Source: a virus
Reading direction: 5' to 3' (one strand)
Length of the DNA stretch: 64,000 nt
IMG/VR virus record: IMGVR_UViG_3300012928_000001
Location: 32,001-96,000 of that record
The notes below the pieces were generated by a model that saw only the letters and a program-made list of their open reading frames with translations, was not told the DNA's origin and searched no databases. The translations under genes and the position numbers were made by a program. Of the stretch, positions 38,411 through 48,264 are shown in pieces; within the stretch, counting starts at the first letter, position 1; every line of letters starts with the position of its first letter.

Positions 38411-39210
38411 TGCCGACCTTCCTCAACCCCGAGCCCGCGCCCGGGACCCAGCTCGCCCGCGTCGACGCGCTGCACTTCGAGGTCACCGACCCCGCCGGCC
38501 TCGCCAGCGTGTTCGTCTGGGTGAGCTTCGCTGACGGCACCACAGAGGTGGTGTGGACCGGCGACGGCTTCGGCCCCCGCTACAGCGCGAGCACGAGCGA
38601 GGCCATCCCCACGGGGCGCGACTTCACGGTCCGGCGCGTGGGCGGCTGGGCCCTCGCGCCCATGCTCCGCGCCACGGCGATCGCCACCGACGGCGGCGCC
38701 GCCCAGCTCTCCGTTGACTACGAGCTCGCCGCCGCCGAGACCACCGAGCCCGCGGCCGTGGTCGGGGCCGAGCTCCCCCCGGTCGCCGCGACCGACCTCG
38801 CCGCCGTGGTCGTGGGCCGGGGCCTGCTCGCGCCGCTGCGCCGCGACGGCAAGGGCGACTTCGCCAACGCGTCGGGGCTCGACGTCCTGCGCTCGAACGT
38901 GGGGCTGGTCCTGGGCACCATCGGGAGCTCGAATTACACCCGCGGCGAGCTCCCTTGGCGGCCCGAGTTCGGCTCGCTGCTCCACCTGCTCCGGCACAAG
39001 AACAACGACCAACTCACGCGGTCTCTCGCGCGCCAATACGTCATCGACGCGATCACCTTTTGGGAGCCGCGCGTGCGCGTGCGTCGGGTCGAGATTGGGC
39101 AAGAGGGGGCCCGCCTCTCGCTGCTCGTGCGCTACGATGTGCTTAGTCGTCGGCGCGGGGGAATCCTGGCGCGAGGCGAAGAAGTCTCGACCGACATGGA
39201 GCTTTTTTGA
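38410..39210 (+). CDS. gp25/gpW-like baseplate wedge with N-terminal extension
   Basis: GELPWRPEFGSLL, WEPRVRV. Confidence 0.88.
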   Translation: MPTFLNPEPAPGTQLARVDALHFEVTDPAGLASVFVWVSFADGTTEVVWTGDGFGPRYSASTSEAIPTGRDFTVRRVGGWALAPMLRATAIATDGGAAQLSVDYELAAAETTEPAAVVGAELPPVAATDLAAVVVGRGLLAPLRRDGKGDFANASGLDVLRSNVGLVLGTIGSSNYTRGELPWRPEFGSLLHLLRHKNNDQLTRSLARQYVIDAITFWEPRVRVRRVEIGQEGARLSLLVRYDVLSRRRGGILARGEEVSTDMELF

Positions 39211-40730
39211 TGGCGCTTCTCCCCGCGAACCTCGACTACACCGACAAGGATTTCACGGCGCTACGCGAGCGCCTGATCAACCTGATCCGCACGGTGTTCC
39301 CCGACTGGACCGACGTCGACGTTGCCAACTTCGGCAACGTGATGCTGGAGTGCTTTGCATTCGTCGGCGACGTGCTGACGAACTACCAAGACAATCAGTC
39401 CCGCGAAAGTCGACTGATCGAGGCGCTGATTCGCCGCAACGTGATCGCCCTCGCCGCGCATCTCGGCTACACCCCGCGGACCGCCGCGCCGGCCACGGCC
39501 GACGTGCTCTTCGCCCTCGACTCGACCCCGGCCAACGACGTGACCATCCCCGCCGGCACCGTCGTGCGCACGCGCGACGTCACCGGGGCGATCGACTTTC
39601 AGCTACTCCTCGACCTCGTCATCGCGGCCGGCTCCGTCCCGCCCCAGGCCTTCGGCACCGTCGAGAACAGCACCACGATCCTCGGCGAGACCTTCCAGAG
39701 CACGGGCCTCGCCAATCAGCGGGTCCAGCTCGCGCGGACGCCCTACATCGACGACACAGCGGTAGTGTCGGCAGCCAACGGAGCGTTCACGCAGGTCTCG
39801 AATTTTCTGAGCTCGACGAGCGCGGACCGGCACTACGTCGTGACCATCGACGAGACCGACCGCGCCCGGCTGACCTTCGGCAACGGGGTAAACGGCCAAG
39901 TGCCGACGGGGGCGATCTCCGTCGCCTACAAGATCGGCGGCGGCTTGGCGGGCAACGTCGAGGCGAACAACATCACCACGATCGTCGGGCAGTTCACTGA
40001 CGCGCTGTCCAACCCCGTGCGCGTGAGCGTGACCAACCCGGGCAAGGCGAGCGGGGGAGCCAACCGCGAGACCGTCGCGCAGATCAAGCAAAACGCTCCG
40101 GCCTCTGTCCGGGTAAGCGATCGCACCGTCGCGCTCGAAGACTACACCATCCACGCCGAAGAGCTTTCCTCGGTCGCGCGGGCGCTCATGGTCACCTCGG
40201 ACCAGCTCCCCGGTCTGCCCGAGAACCGCGGCCGGCTCTACATCGTACCTGTGGGCGGGGGCCTCCCCTCGGCCGCGCTCAAAGCCCAGGTGCTCGCCGC
40301 GGTCACGGTCGACAAGCCGAAGACGATCACGTTTCAGGTGTCCGTGCGCGACCCCCAATACCTGACGGTCGACATCACTTGCACGGTCTTTTTCACGACG
40401 GAAGCGGACCCGCAAAACGTCGCCAATCTGATTCGCACTCGACTCGCCGATTTCTTCCGCATCCAAAACACCGACGGCACAAAGAACACGCAAATCGGCT
40501 TCGGCCTCGACTACGTCACCGACACGATCACCACGACCCCGCCCGAGATCCCGCTTAGCGATGTGCAGAATGTCGTGCGCGACACAACGGGCGTGCGCAA
40601 ACTGGGCGATCGCGCTGTCGACTTCACGCTCAACGAAGTTCACGCGGATCTGCTCATTGGCGCGATCGAGTTCCCACAGTTGGGCAATGTCGTGATCATG
40701 AACGGCGCAACGGGGCAGCTAGTCACGTGA
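39210..40730 (+). CDS. baseplate J/gp47 protein
   Basis: LDYTDKDF, FPDWTD, FGNGVNGQVP, GGANRET, RTVALEDY. Confidence 0.92.
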   Translation: MALLPANLDYTDKDFTALRERLINLIRTVFPDWTDVDVANFGNVMLECFAFVGDVLTNYQDNQSRESRLIEALIRRNVIALAAHLGYTPRTAAPATADVLFALDSTPANDVTIPAGTVVRTRDVTGAIDFQLLLDLVIAAGSVPPQAFGTVENSTTILGETFQSTGLANQRVQLARTPYIDDTAVVSAANGAFTQVSNFLSSTSADRHYVVTIDETDRARLTFGNGVNGQVPTGAISVAYKIGGGLAGNVEANNITTIVGQFTDALSNPVRVSVTNPGKASGGANRETVAQIKQNAPASVRVSDRTVALEDYTIHAEELSSVARALMVTSDQLPGLPENRGRLYIVPVGGGLPSAALKAQVLAAVTVDKPKTITFQVSVRDPQYLTVDITCTVFFTTEADPQNVANLIRTRLADFFRIQNTDGTKNTQIGFGLDYVTDTITTTPPEIPLSDVQNVVRDTTGVRKLGDRAVDFTLNEVHADLLIGAIEFPQLGNVVIMNGATGQLVT

Positions 40731-41842
40731 CAGTTCAAAACGCCAGCTTTGAGGTCCCCGACGGGACCCAGCCCGAGATCACGGGCGAAGCGTCGGAGCC
40801 GTTCGCCCTCATTGATGGGACGTTCCTCGACATCGAGATCACGGACGCGGGCCCGTTCAGTCGTGTCTATCGATGGGCGGTCAATGATGCCGATTTCGCG
40901 GACATCGACAACGCGACCGCCAACGAGATCCGCGACTCGATTTTGGCGACTCCAGAGATCGGGTTCGAAGCACAATCCGCCAACGGACAGGTCACGATCA
41001 GCTCGATCTACAACGGGTCAACGCTGCGCGTCGTCGGTGGGCAGGTTCAAGACGATCTCAAGCTGTCGACCGAGGCCGTCCAGGGACGGACCTTCTTCGG
41101 CCCCGGCCAAGCGTGGACCGTCGCCGTCGTCGGGGGCTACCTCGAATGGGCCGGCTTCGGGGCCAGCCCCGAGCTCGCCGTCGAGAGCTTCGAAACGGGC
41201 TGGGGCGCGGGGAGTCAAAACTACCTCGACGTGTTCACGGAGACCTTCGAGGGCGGATGGGACATCGCTGCGATCTCGGGCACCATCGAGGCCGGCCTAT
41301 TTGCGCCCAGCAATGTCCCGGTCGAGACCTTCGAAGAAGGTTGGGGGGTCAACGCTTCGCAGCTCTTCACCGATGCGCTCTTCGATCTGGGCCTCGCATC
41401 TGCCGAGGATTTCGAAGACGGGTGGGATATCGTCGCTGTCGCACCGACCTTCACCGATGGATCCTTCGCCGGCTCCGGCGTGGCCGAGACCTTCGAGCCC
41501 ACCAACTTGGCGATGCACGTCATCACCGTGAATCAGGCCATCTCGGGCATCTACAGGGCGTTTGTCTCGGGTACGCCCTATCAAATCATCGCAGGCGCTG
41601 GGGCCACGGCGACCACGATTGCGTCCGCTCTTGCTACTGAGCTCTCAGCTGGTACTCAGGTAAACGGAGTGCTCGCCGGGACCAACCGTGTCAACGTCGC
41701 GCCGCAAGAGCCGGCCCCAGGAATCGTCCCGGTCATCACCGTGCAAGGACCATCGAGCGGCTCGATTTCTGTCGTGCTCGCCAAGGACGCTCCATCGCTC
41801 GGCCTGGTCTGGGTCGGCGAAGACATCAACCCGACAATCTAG
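40727..41842 (+). CDS. virion protein with E(T/S/D)FExGW repeats
   Basis: Four ExFExGW repeats plus one partial copy. Confidence 0.7.
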   Translation: MTVQNASFEVPDGTQPEITGEASEPFALIDGTFLDIEITDAGPFSRVYRWAVNDADFADIDNATANEIRDSILATPEIGFEAQSANGQVTISSIYNGSTLRVVGGQVQDDLKLSTEAVQGRTFFGPGQAWTVAVVGGYLEWAGFGASPELAVESFETGWGAGSQNYLDVFTETFEGGWDIAAISGTIEAGLFAPSNVPVETFEEGWGVNASQLFTDALFDLGLASAEDFEDGWDIVAVAPTFTDGSFAGSGVAETFEPTNLAMHVITVNQAISGIYRAFVSGTPYQIIAGAGATATTIASALATELSAGTQVNGVLAGTNRVNVAPQEPAPGIVPVITVQGPSSGSISVVLAKDAPSLGLVWVGEDINPTI

Positions 41843-41845
41843 ATC

Positions 41846-42547
41846 ATGGCGTCTTCCGACTTTGCTGCTCTCACCGATGGAGTCCCCGCCGCGAGCTTCG
41901 CCCGCGGCACGACGCAAGGCGTAACCCCGCCGCCGGGGGGCGGCTCGCGGGTCTACGCGTACAACTCGATCGTCGGGGGCACAACCGGCGCCGCGGGCCT
42001 CAAGTACACCGCGGTCAACTTCGATCCGCACTCGAACGGCGGGCGCATCTCGGGCGCGCTGATCCGCCTCCCCTCGGGCAACGCGACCGGCTTCGCTCCG
42101 ATGCTCTTCGCAAGCTTGCAAGGCAACTCGGTCAACGACACGGGCTATCTGATCGGGCTCAGCGACGCGGATCCCCACTTCATCGTGCTGCGCAAGGGCT
42201 CGCCCTCCGCGGGCCTCCCCGATGGCACGCCCGGCGCGAACGGGATCTTGCGCCGGAGCTCGGAGAGCTACGCAAACAACACGTGGCTACACCTGCGCCT
42301 CGACGTCGAGGTGACCGGCACCGGCGACACGCTGCTCACCGTGTTCCAAAATGACCTCAACACCAACGACGTCGACAGCCCCGTGTGGGTGGCCGTCCCG
42401 GGCATGGATCAGTTTGTCGATGACGTCGCCCAGATCAACTCCGGCACCGCCCCGCTCGTGGGTGGCCGGAGCGGCTTCGCGTTCTGGGCCAACGACATCA
42501 CGCGCCGGGCCGCGGTCGATCACCTCACCATCGCAAGGCAGCAGTGA
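41846..42547 (+). CDS. hypothetical beta-sandwich virion protein
   Basis: WLHLRLDV; tail region. Confidence 0.65.
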   Translation: MASSDFAALTDGVPAASFARGTTQGVTPPPGGGSRVYAYNSIVGGTTGAAGLKYTAVNFDPHSNGGRISGALIRLPSGNATGFAPMLFASLQGNSVNDTGYLIGLSDADPHFIVLRKGSPSAGLPDGTPGANGILRRSSESYANNTWLHLRLDVEVTGTGDTLLTVFQNDLNTNDVDSPVWVAVPGMDQFVDDVAQINSGTAPLVGGRSGFAFWANDITRRAAVDHLTIARQQ

Positions 42548-42780
42548 TGCCCATCTCCGACAGCGACAACACGATCCCACTGACTCGGCCAGCTCCGAAT
42601 CAAAAAGTGATCGACACTTTGGAGGCGTGTCTCGCCGCTGCGAAGCGTGGCGAGTTGACGTCCATCATCGTCATTGGCGAAAGCGTCGCCGATGGCATCA
42701 CCTCGATCTCGACTGAGATGATTCGCCCGTTCACGGTGCTCGGTCATCTCGAAGCCGTGAAGCTCTCGCTGCTTTCCTGA
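42547..42780 (+). CDS. hypothetical protein
   Basis: TGATG overlap; AKRGELTSI, LGHLE. Confidence 0.6.
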   Translation: MPISDSDNTIPLTRPAPNQKVIDTLEACLAAAKRGELTSIIVIGESVADGITSISTEMIRPFTVLGHLEAVKLSLLS

Positions 42781-42784
42781 CGCG

Positions 42785-44908
42785 ATGCCCTTCAACGCTT
42801 TCAGCTATCGCCATGATGCCCAACTCCGCCAAGATCCAGCTCAGGATCATTCTGTTGGCGAGCTGGATGGGTATCCAGCGCGCGTTGAAAGCCGGAGCCC
42901 TGTCGCCGCCAACGCGCCGAACACCTACCCGCTGAGCGACGGCGACGAGCTCATCGTCGAGCTCAACGGGACCGAGGAGACCATCACCCTCGACGCGGCC
43001 GACTTCACCGACATCTCGATCGCCACCGCGGCCGAGCTCGCTGCCGCCTTCGAGGCCGTCGAGGGCCTGGGCTCTGACCCCGTCGGCTCGCGCGTCCGCA
43101 TCGAGACCGAGGCCCTGGGCCCGGGCGCCTCGCTGCGTGTCGTCGGGGGCTCGGCCAACGACGCGCTGCTCTTCCCGACCACCGAGGCCCGGGGCCAGCT
43201 GTCCCGCACCACCTTGGTCCTGGGAATCGACCAACCCGGGGTGACGGAGCGCCTGGTCCCGGGCGACCTCGTGCGTGTGTCCCAGGCCCTCACCTTCGAC
43301 GAGAGCCGGCTTGTGCTCGTCGGGCGGGCGCACATCCCCGAGCTCCCTACGGGCGTTTCGTGGCGCCTCTCGCTGCGCGTGGGCGGGGTCGTGGCCCACT
43401 CGCTGACCTGGGACACAAGCGGGACGTTCGAGCTCGGCGATTTCGGGTTCTCCGCCGCGCAGCAACAGGGCGCCGCGACCTTTGAAATTCAGCTGGAGCC
43501 CCTCGGGCTCCCGGCCGCCGGTCTCGACGTCGAGCTCCCCCGCGTGCTCATCGACCTCGTGCGCTCCGTGAACACGGACCAGGTGCAGGTCCTGAATCGC
43601 TCGCCGCTTCCGGGACAGTTGGACGTCGACGCGAGCTCAGGCCTCACCATCGAGCTCGACCTTGCGAGCGCGCTCCCGGGCGTGGCCGTGGACGTGGCCG
43701 CGACTGCGGTGTTGATCGACGGCGTGCTCGCCTTCGACGGGACAAACATCCTCGCCCCGTGGGACGCCCCCGGCTCTGCCGTGACCGCGGGACAGATTTA
43801 CAACGTCGGTGCCACCGACCTGCGCCTGGTCTTCGTGTCTGCCGAGATCTTCGAGTCCGAGCAGGTTGTGGGCGTGGTCGTGGACACCCAGCATGTTGGC
43901 GCCGCCACGAACACCCAAGCGTCGTGGACTTTCACGACGGCAGACACCGTCGACCTCGCCGTGGTCGAGGCCCAGGCCCGGGACAAGCTCACCGTGCGCG
44001 TGACCTTCAACGACGACGTGGGCGCGGGCGCCCTGCTCCCGGCGAACTATCTCTTCGAGACCCTCACGGCGCCCGCGGTGACCGTGGTCGCCCAGAGCGT
44101 GGCCGCGGTGGGGACCACCGCCGTCGACGTCACCGTCGATCTGGAGTGGAGCCAGGGCGCGTCCTACCGGGTGACCGTGGTCAACGTCCAGGACACGAGC
44201 GAGAACCCCCTCGACGCCGACGCGAGCACGGCCGAGTTCGCGGGCTTCCTGCCCGAGATCCCCGCGGGCCGCTTCTTTCAGCTCTGGGAGTTCTTCCCAG
44301 GTATCTCGCGGCGCGGAGACGACACGGACGATCTTCGAAACTGGGTGGGGTGCCTGCAAGACGTGGTCGACTTGCTGCTTTGCAGTATCGACGAGTGGGT
44401 CGAGATTATCGACATCGACCTCGCACCGATTACGTTCATCGACGCGATTCTTTGCGACCTTGGAAACCCCTTCGATTTCGTCGAGCTGAGCGACACGGAC
44501 AAGCGCCGGCTCGCGCTGATCTTGATCGAGATCTACAAGGGCAAGGGAACGGAAGTCGGGCTCATCGACGCGGTGCGCTTCCTCGTCGGGGTCGAGATCA
44601 CGCTCGACATCATAAACGCTCAAACAGGCTTTTGGGTTGTTGGGGTCAGCGAGCTCGGCATCGACACCGAGCTGGCCCCGCCCACCGGCTCGCCGTTGTG
44701 GTACTCGTTCTGGATCGACTCGCCCGTCGATCTCACCGACGAGCAGCGTGATCAGATTCTCAAGATCGCAACATACATGAAAGCGGCGCACGAACACATC
44801 TTGGGAATCCGCGAACCGAGTACCACCGACGACACGGACCCGGTATACTGGAATCTCGAAATCCCGACCTTGGGCGAGCTCGGAAAGACCACGATTCTCG
44901 GAGACTGA
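42785..44908 (+). CDS. baseplate wedge (P2 gpI-like) with Ig-like domains
   Basis: DIDLAP..FIDAIL.DLG, YKGKGTEVGL, MKAAHEH. Confidence 0.8.
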   Translation: MPFNAFSYRHDAQLRQDPAQDHSVGELDGYPARVESRSPVAANAPNTYPLSDGDELIVELNGTEETITLDAADFTDISIATAAELAAAFEAVEGLGSDPVGSRVRIETEALGPGASLRVVGGSANDALLFPTTEARGQLSRTTLVLGIDQPGVTERLVPGDLVRVSQALTFDESRLVLVGRAHIPELPTGVSWRLSLRVGGVVAHSLTWDTSGTFELGDFGFSAAQQQGAATFEIQLEPLGLPAAGLDVELPRVLIDLVRSVNTDQVQVLNRSPLPGQLDVDASSGLTIELDLASALPGVAVDVAATAVLIDGVLAFDGTNILAPWDAPGSAVTAGQIYNVGATDLRLVFVSAEIFESEQVVGVVVDTQHVGAATNTQASWTFTTADTVDLAVVEAQARDKLTVRVTFNDDVGAGALLPANYLFETLTAPAVTVVAQSVAAVGTTAVDVTVDLEWSQGASYRVTVVNVQDTSENPLDADASTAEFAGFLPEIPAGRFFQLWEFFPGISRRGDDTDDLRNWVGCLQDVVDLLLCSIDEWVEIIDIDLAPITFIDAILCDLGNPFDFVELSDTDKRRLALILIEIYKGKGTEVGLIDAVRFLVGVEITLDIINAQTGFWVVGVSELGIDTELAPPTGSPLWYSFWIDSPVDLTDEQRDQILKIATYMKAAHEHILGIREPSTTDDTDPVYWNLEIPTLGELGKTTILGD

Positions 44909-44911
44909 GCA

Positions 44912-46207
44912 ATGCAGCGATTCGATTTCTACTTTGGCCAACTGGTCCGACAAGAGGACCTCGACAACGCTTTCGACGGCGCCGAGAATGCCGACCGGGC
45001 GATCGTCACCGACCAAGGGATCGCGGGGATCAACGCGGGTCTCGCCGTCACCCCGAGCGCTGTCCCCAACCTACAAGTGGAGGTGAGCGGGGGCCGTGGC
45101 TACGATCAACAGGGCCGGCGCATCTTCGTCGGCGCGACGCAGACGGTGAACCTCGCCGATGCGCTCCCGGTCGGCGCAGGCAATCAGCGCTACGTGGCCA
45201 TCGTGGTCCAGTTCGTGCGGGCCCTCAGCGACCCGCGGACCGACGACAACGACGTCACGATCCAGTACAACCGCGCTGAGTCCTTCGTGCTCACGACGGT
45301 GCTCGGCGAGGAGGCCGGCGCCAACCCGGCGCGCCCGGCCAAGCCCGCCGATGGGCTCGTGCTCGCCGACGTGTTGCTCGCTCAAGGGCAGGCTACCATC
45401 CTCGCGTCGCACATCGACACGACCACCAACGGGCGCCGTGACCACGCCTTCGAACTCACCGGCTCGACCCCGGCGCAGGTGAAGGCCGGACGCTTCGAAG
45501 AGGTGGGCCAGGCTCTCCTCGACCAACTCAACTCGCACGTCACCGGGGCCGCCAACGCCCACAACGCGGAGGCGATCGACTTCGACACCGACGACGTGCC
45601 GGGCGCGTTCTCGACGGTCGACGACGCCGACAACGTACAGGTTGCCATCATCAACCTGATGGAAGATCTGCAAGGCGGGGCCCTCACCGCCGCGCAGGTC
45701 ACCGCGACCGACCCGGGCCTACCGGGCACCGTCGGCAACGTCCAAGAGGCCATTGCCGCGGGCCTGTCCAACGACGTCGTGGGCGGCATCTGGGGCATCG
45801 TCAACGTCTCGGGCGCCCCCACGCTCGTCGCCGGCAGCGGGGTCTCGCTCAACCTGAACAGCGCGGCGACGTACGTCACCAACAACGGCCCTCTCACGAC
45901 AGCCACTTACACGCGCCTAGAATTCCAGATCGACCTTGCCGCAGTGGGAGTCACGGGCACGGTCTCGCGGGTCATCGTCACGGCCAACTATGCGGACAAC
46001 AGCAGTAACCGTGCGCGTCCGCGATGGTGCACGGTGAAGCTGGGCAGCGACCTCGCAGCGAATCAGCACTTTGGGATCGACCTCCACACCACGAGCGCGC
46101 AGCCCCAGGAGACGAACGGATTCTCTTTCTCGAATCGACCGATCGACCTTGCCGGCGGTGCGAACGGAGGAGAGATCCACTTCCACGTCAAAGTGATTCT
46201 CGCCTGA
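44912..46207 (+). CDS. tail fibre protein
   Basis: RFDFYFGQLV, VSGGRGYDQQGRRI, LVLADV. Confidence 0.75.
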   Translation: MQRFDFYFGQLVRQEDLDNAFDGAENADRAIVTDQGIAGINAGLAVTPSAVPNLQVEVSGGRGYDQQGRRIFVGATQTVNLADALPVGAGNQRYVAIVVQFVRALSDPRTDDNDVTIQYNRAESFVLTTVLGEEAGANPARPAKPADGLVLADVLLAQGQATILASHIDTTTNGRRDHAFELTGSTPAQVKAGRFEEVGQALLDQLNSHVTGAANAHNAEAIDFDTDDVPGAFSTVDDADNVQVAIINLMEDLQGGALTAAQVTATDPGLPGTVGNVQEAIAAGLSNDVVGGIWGIVNVSGAPTLVAGSGVSLNLNSAATYVTNNGPLTTATYTRLEFQIDLAAVGVTGTVSRVIVTANYADNSSNRARPRWCTVKLGSDLAANQHFGIDLHTTSAQPQETNGFSFSNRPIDLAGGANGGEIHFHVKVILA

Positions 46208-46210
46208 TCT

Positions 46211-46239
46211 GTGATTCTGGTGCGGGATCGGCCTACAGT
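46211..46239 (+). promoter_or_regulatory. conserved phage promoter, copy 8
   Basis: GTGATT-N17-TACAGT; ATG 5 nt downstream. Confidence 0.7.
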
Positions 46240-46244
46240 TGATC

Positions 46245-46634
46245 ATGCAAAAGATCATCACCATCACCATCGCCGCCCTATTCACCCTCGCCTGTGATCC
46301 TCTACCCGCCGAGGGCCTGGATACAAGCCCCCTCCGTGAGGGGGCCGACGAGGACTGGGCGTGCCGAGATGCCTACTACTGCGCCCGGGAGTGCATGTCG
46401 CCGGTCTTCTACGGGGACGGCGCAGTCACAGCCGCGCTCGGGGACGTGCACGCCTGCGTCGATGCCTGTACCGTCGGGGACGATGGTCGCTTTGAGACCT
46501 TTTGGACCGTGGCCAACTCGGTGTGCGGTCCCGAAATACCCGGCCAGGTCGTTCCCGACGGGCAGCACCGCGAGTGCCTGCTCGACGAGTGGTACGATCT
46601 CGACGGCCCACTCGATGATTGCCTCGCGGATTAG
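46245..46634 (+). CDS. Cys-rich lipoprotein
   Basis: Lipobox TLAC; C...C...C pattern. Confidence 0.75.
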   Translation: MQKIITITIAALFTLACDPLPAEGLDTSPLREGADEDWACRDAYYCARECMSPVFYGDGAVTAALGDVHACVDACTVGDDGRFETFWTVANSVCGPEIPGQVVPDGQHRECLLDEWYDLDGPLDDCLAD

Positions 46635-46636
46635 CC

Positions 46637-47182
46637 ATGCATGACGAACGCGCCTCTCTGTCGAGCTCTGCTCTCTTTGCAGACCCCAGCTTGCGTGTGA
46701 TCCAAACGCAGCACGGGAGGCGTGACGCTGCGACCCCGACTCCGGCGCCCCCTCCCCCGCAGCCAAAATGGACCCTCGGCCACAAGCTCACGCTCGCGGG
46801 CCTGATCGTGACCGGGATCCCGATGTTCATCGCGGCCATGTTTTGGCTCTTCAACTACGGTGGCACAGTCGAGCGCGTGAAGGCTGAACAGGCCGACCAA
46901 AAAGCGAAGATCGAGAGCACGGCGAAGACGCTCGCGGATCACATCGAGGCCTCGAAAAAGCAGTGGCAAGAGCACAGCGAAGCCGAGGACGCGCGATGGG
47001 ACGAGATCCAAAACGCGGTGATCGAGAATCAGGTTTTGATGGTCGAGTCCGTCGATCACATCACCGAGCAGTTGGGCAAGATGTCGAGCGAAGCCGCCGC
47101 CGTCGAGGAACCCGCGGTGTTGGAGCAAGCGCGCGAGAGCGCGGTCAAGGCCAAGGCCCGCGAGCGCTTGTTTTCTGATTGA
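46637..47182 (+). CDS. single-pass membrane coiled-coil protein (possible lysis role)
   Basis: One TM helix followed by coiled coil. Confidence 0.6.
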   Translation: MHDERASLSSSALFADPSLRVIQTQHGRRDAATPTPAPPPPQPKWTLGHKLTLAGLIVTGIPMFIAAMFWLFNYGGTVERVKAEQADQKAKIESTAKTLADHIEASKKQWQEHSEAEDARWDEIQNAVIENQVLMVESVDHITEQLGKMSSEAAAVEEPAVLEQARESAVKAKARERLFSD

Positions 47183-47202
47183 GCCTGGGCCAGCATCTAG
47201 TC

Positions 47203-47550
47203 ATGCGCCGCCATGGTAAAGACATCGGATTCGCGGGAGCCACCTCGGCCTACTTCGCTTGGGCCGCGGCGAACCCTGAACTCAACCCCGTTGATCCAGC
47301 CATCGCAGGCTTGATCATCGGGGCGGTGTACATCGCCCTAGGGTTGTGGCGCGCGTGGGCAGACGACGGAAAGATCACCCCCGATGAAGTGGGCGAGATC
47401 TTGGGCATACCACGCGGCCGAGGCCGTCGACCCGACCAAGGTCAAGCCGCCGAGCAGCCCGACCGCAGTCAAAAAAGTGCCGGAATAGGGAGTCACACCC
47501 CATTGCACCGTTCGGAGAATGACCGCCCCAAGCAAACGCGGAACGGGTAA
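47203..47550 (+). CDS. holin-like two-TM protein (3' end doubtful)
   Basis: Two hydrophobic segments, DDGKITPDE. Confidence 0.5.
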   Translation: MRRHGKDIGFAGATSAYFAWAAANPELNPVDPAIAGLIIGAVYIALGLWRAWADDGKITPDEVGEILGIPRGRGRRPDQGQAAEQPDRSQKSAGIGSHTPLHRSENDRPKQTRNG

Positions 47551-47629
47551 CGCCCATTCCCTCGACGTCGATCGATCACGCGCGAGCAAGTAGACAGGCC
47601 GAACGGGAGAGCCACTCTTCGGGCCGGCA
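47477..47629 (-). ncRNA. tRNA-like RNA D (insert at anticodon-arm position)
   Basis: TGCCGG/CCGGCA acceptor-like stem, AGAG-TGG-CTCT arm, CCGTTCGG/CCGAACGG closing stem, TGGGG-TGTGACT-CCCTA T-like arm, then T6. Confidence 0.55.
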
Positions 47630-47701
47630 TAAAAAGGGGCACGGAGCTAGGCGTCGGGGAGACCATCTCCCCTAACATGAACACGTGCCTAGTCCGTGTA
47701 T

Positions 47702-47861
47702 AGCTCGGGGACGGAGTTGCACCGCCATCCTCCTACGCCAGTAGCGTAGGCCACACGAGGGCACACTACCAAGAGCGAACCGGTGCAACATGCTCACACC
47801 GACGGGGTTTTTCAGTCCGTCACTCTCAGATCCTCGTGGGGTAGGTACTACACCCCCAAGC
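47702..47861 (-). ncRNA. tRNA-like RNA C (insert at anticodon-arm position)
   Basis: GCTTGGG/CCCGAGC acceptor; GGCGG-TGCAACT-CCGTC T arm; CACGAGG/CCTCGTG closing stem; extra hairpin. Confidence 0.65.
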
Positions 47862-47865
47862 AAAG

Positions 47866-48064
47866 CCCTGCTGGCAGGATTTGAACCTGCATCGGCATCT
47901 CCCGGCTTTACCGACGCGGCACGCGTGGATCTCATCTCCCGGTCAATGTCAGCCAAAGCCATCAGCCGACTACGGGTTTAGAGGATCATTGCGTACATCA
48001 TCGGGTAGAGATGACTCCCCTCCGATCGGTATCGGAGTGCACTTCCCAATATGCTCACAGCAGG
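47866..48064 (-). ncRNA. tRNA-like RNA B (~125-nt variable-region insert)
   Basis: CCTGCTG/CAGCAGG acceptor; GCAT-ATTGGGAA-GTGC D arm; CTCCGA-TACCGA-TCGGAG; GCAGG-TTCAAAT-CCTGC T arm. Confidence 0.75.
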
Positions 48065-48066
48065 AA

Positions 48067-48261
48067 TGTCGCCGACGGGGATTCGAACCCACGCTGCCTT
48101 GTCTCGACTCGACCGATACGGTGTTCTGACCTGCGCTTACTGATCACGGGGAGCCTTGAATCGTCCAGCCCCTAGCAGTCGCTCGCGGATCAAATGGTGG
48201 CATCGGATAGACAGGATTCCCGTTTCGCGGCGGGCGCACTAGCCATTGTGCCTTCGACGAC
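48067..48261 (-). ncRNA. tRNA-like RNA A (~120-nt variable-region insert)
   Basis: GTCGTCG/CGGCGAC acceptor; GCAC-AATGGCTA-GTGC D arm; GGG-TTCGAAT-CCC T arm. Confidence 0.75.
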
Positions 48262-48264
48262 AAA

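Noticed and set aside
27948-46207. Stand-alone eCIS/tailocin interpretation of the tail cluster
   Set aside because: Terminase, portal, capsid and replication genes are contiguous, so this is a phage.
47405-47550. Genuine long overlap of the holin-like ORF with RNA D
   Set aside because: An alternative frame (HAAEAVDPTKVK...VPE, stop ~47488) has better codon usage, so the annotated tail probably reflects a frameshift or sequence error.
47866-48261. tRNAs interrupted by group I introns, or tmRNA
   Set aside because: Inserts are ~120 nt, lie outside the anticodon loop and show no recognisable group I core. They are too short for tmRNA and show no evident tag peptide. Not formally excluded without Infernal.
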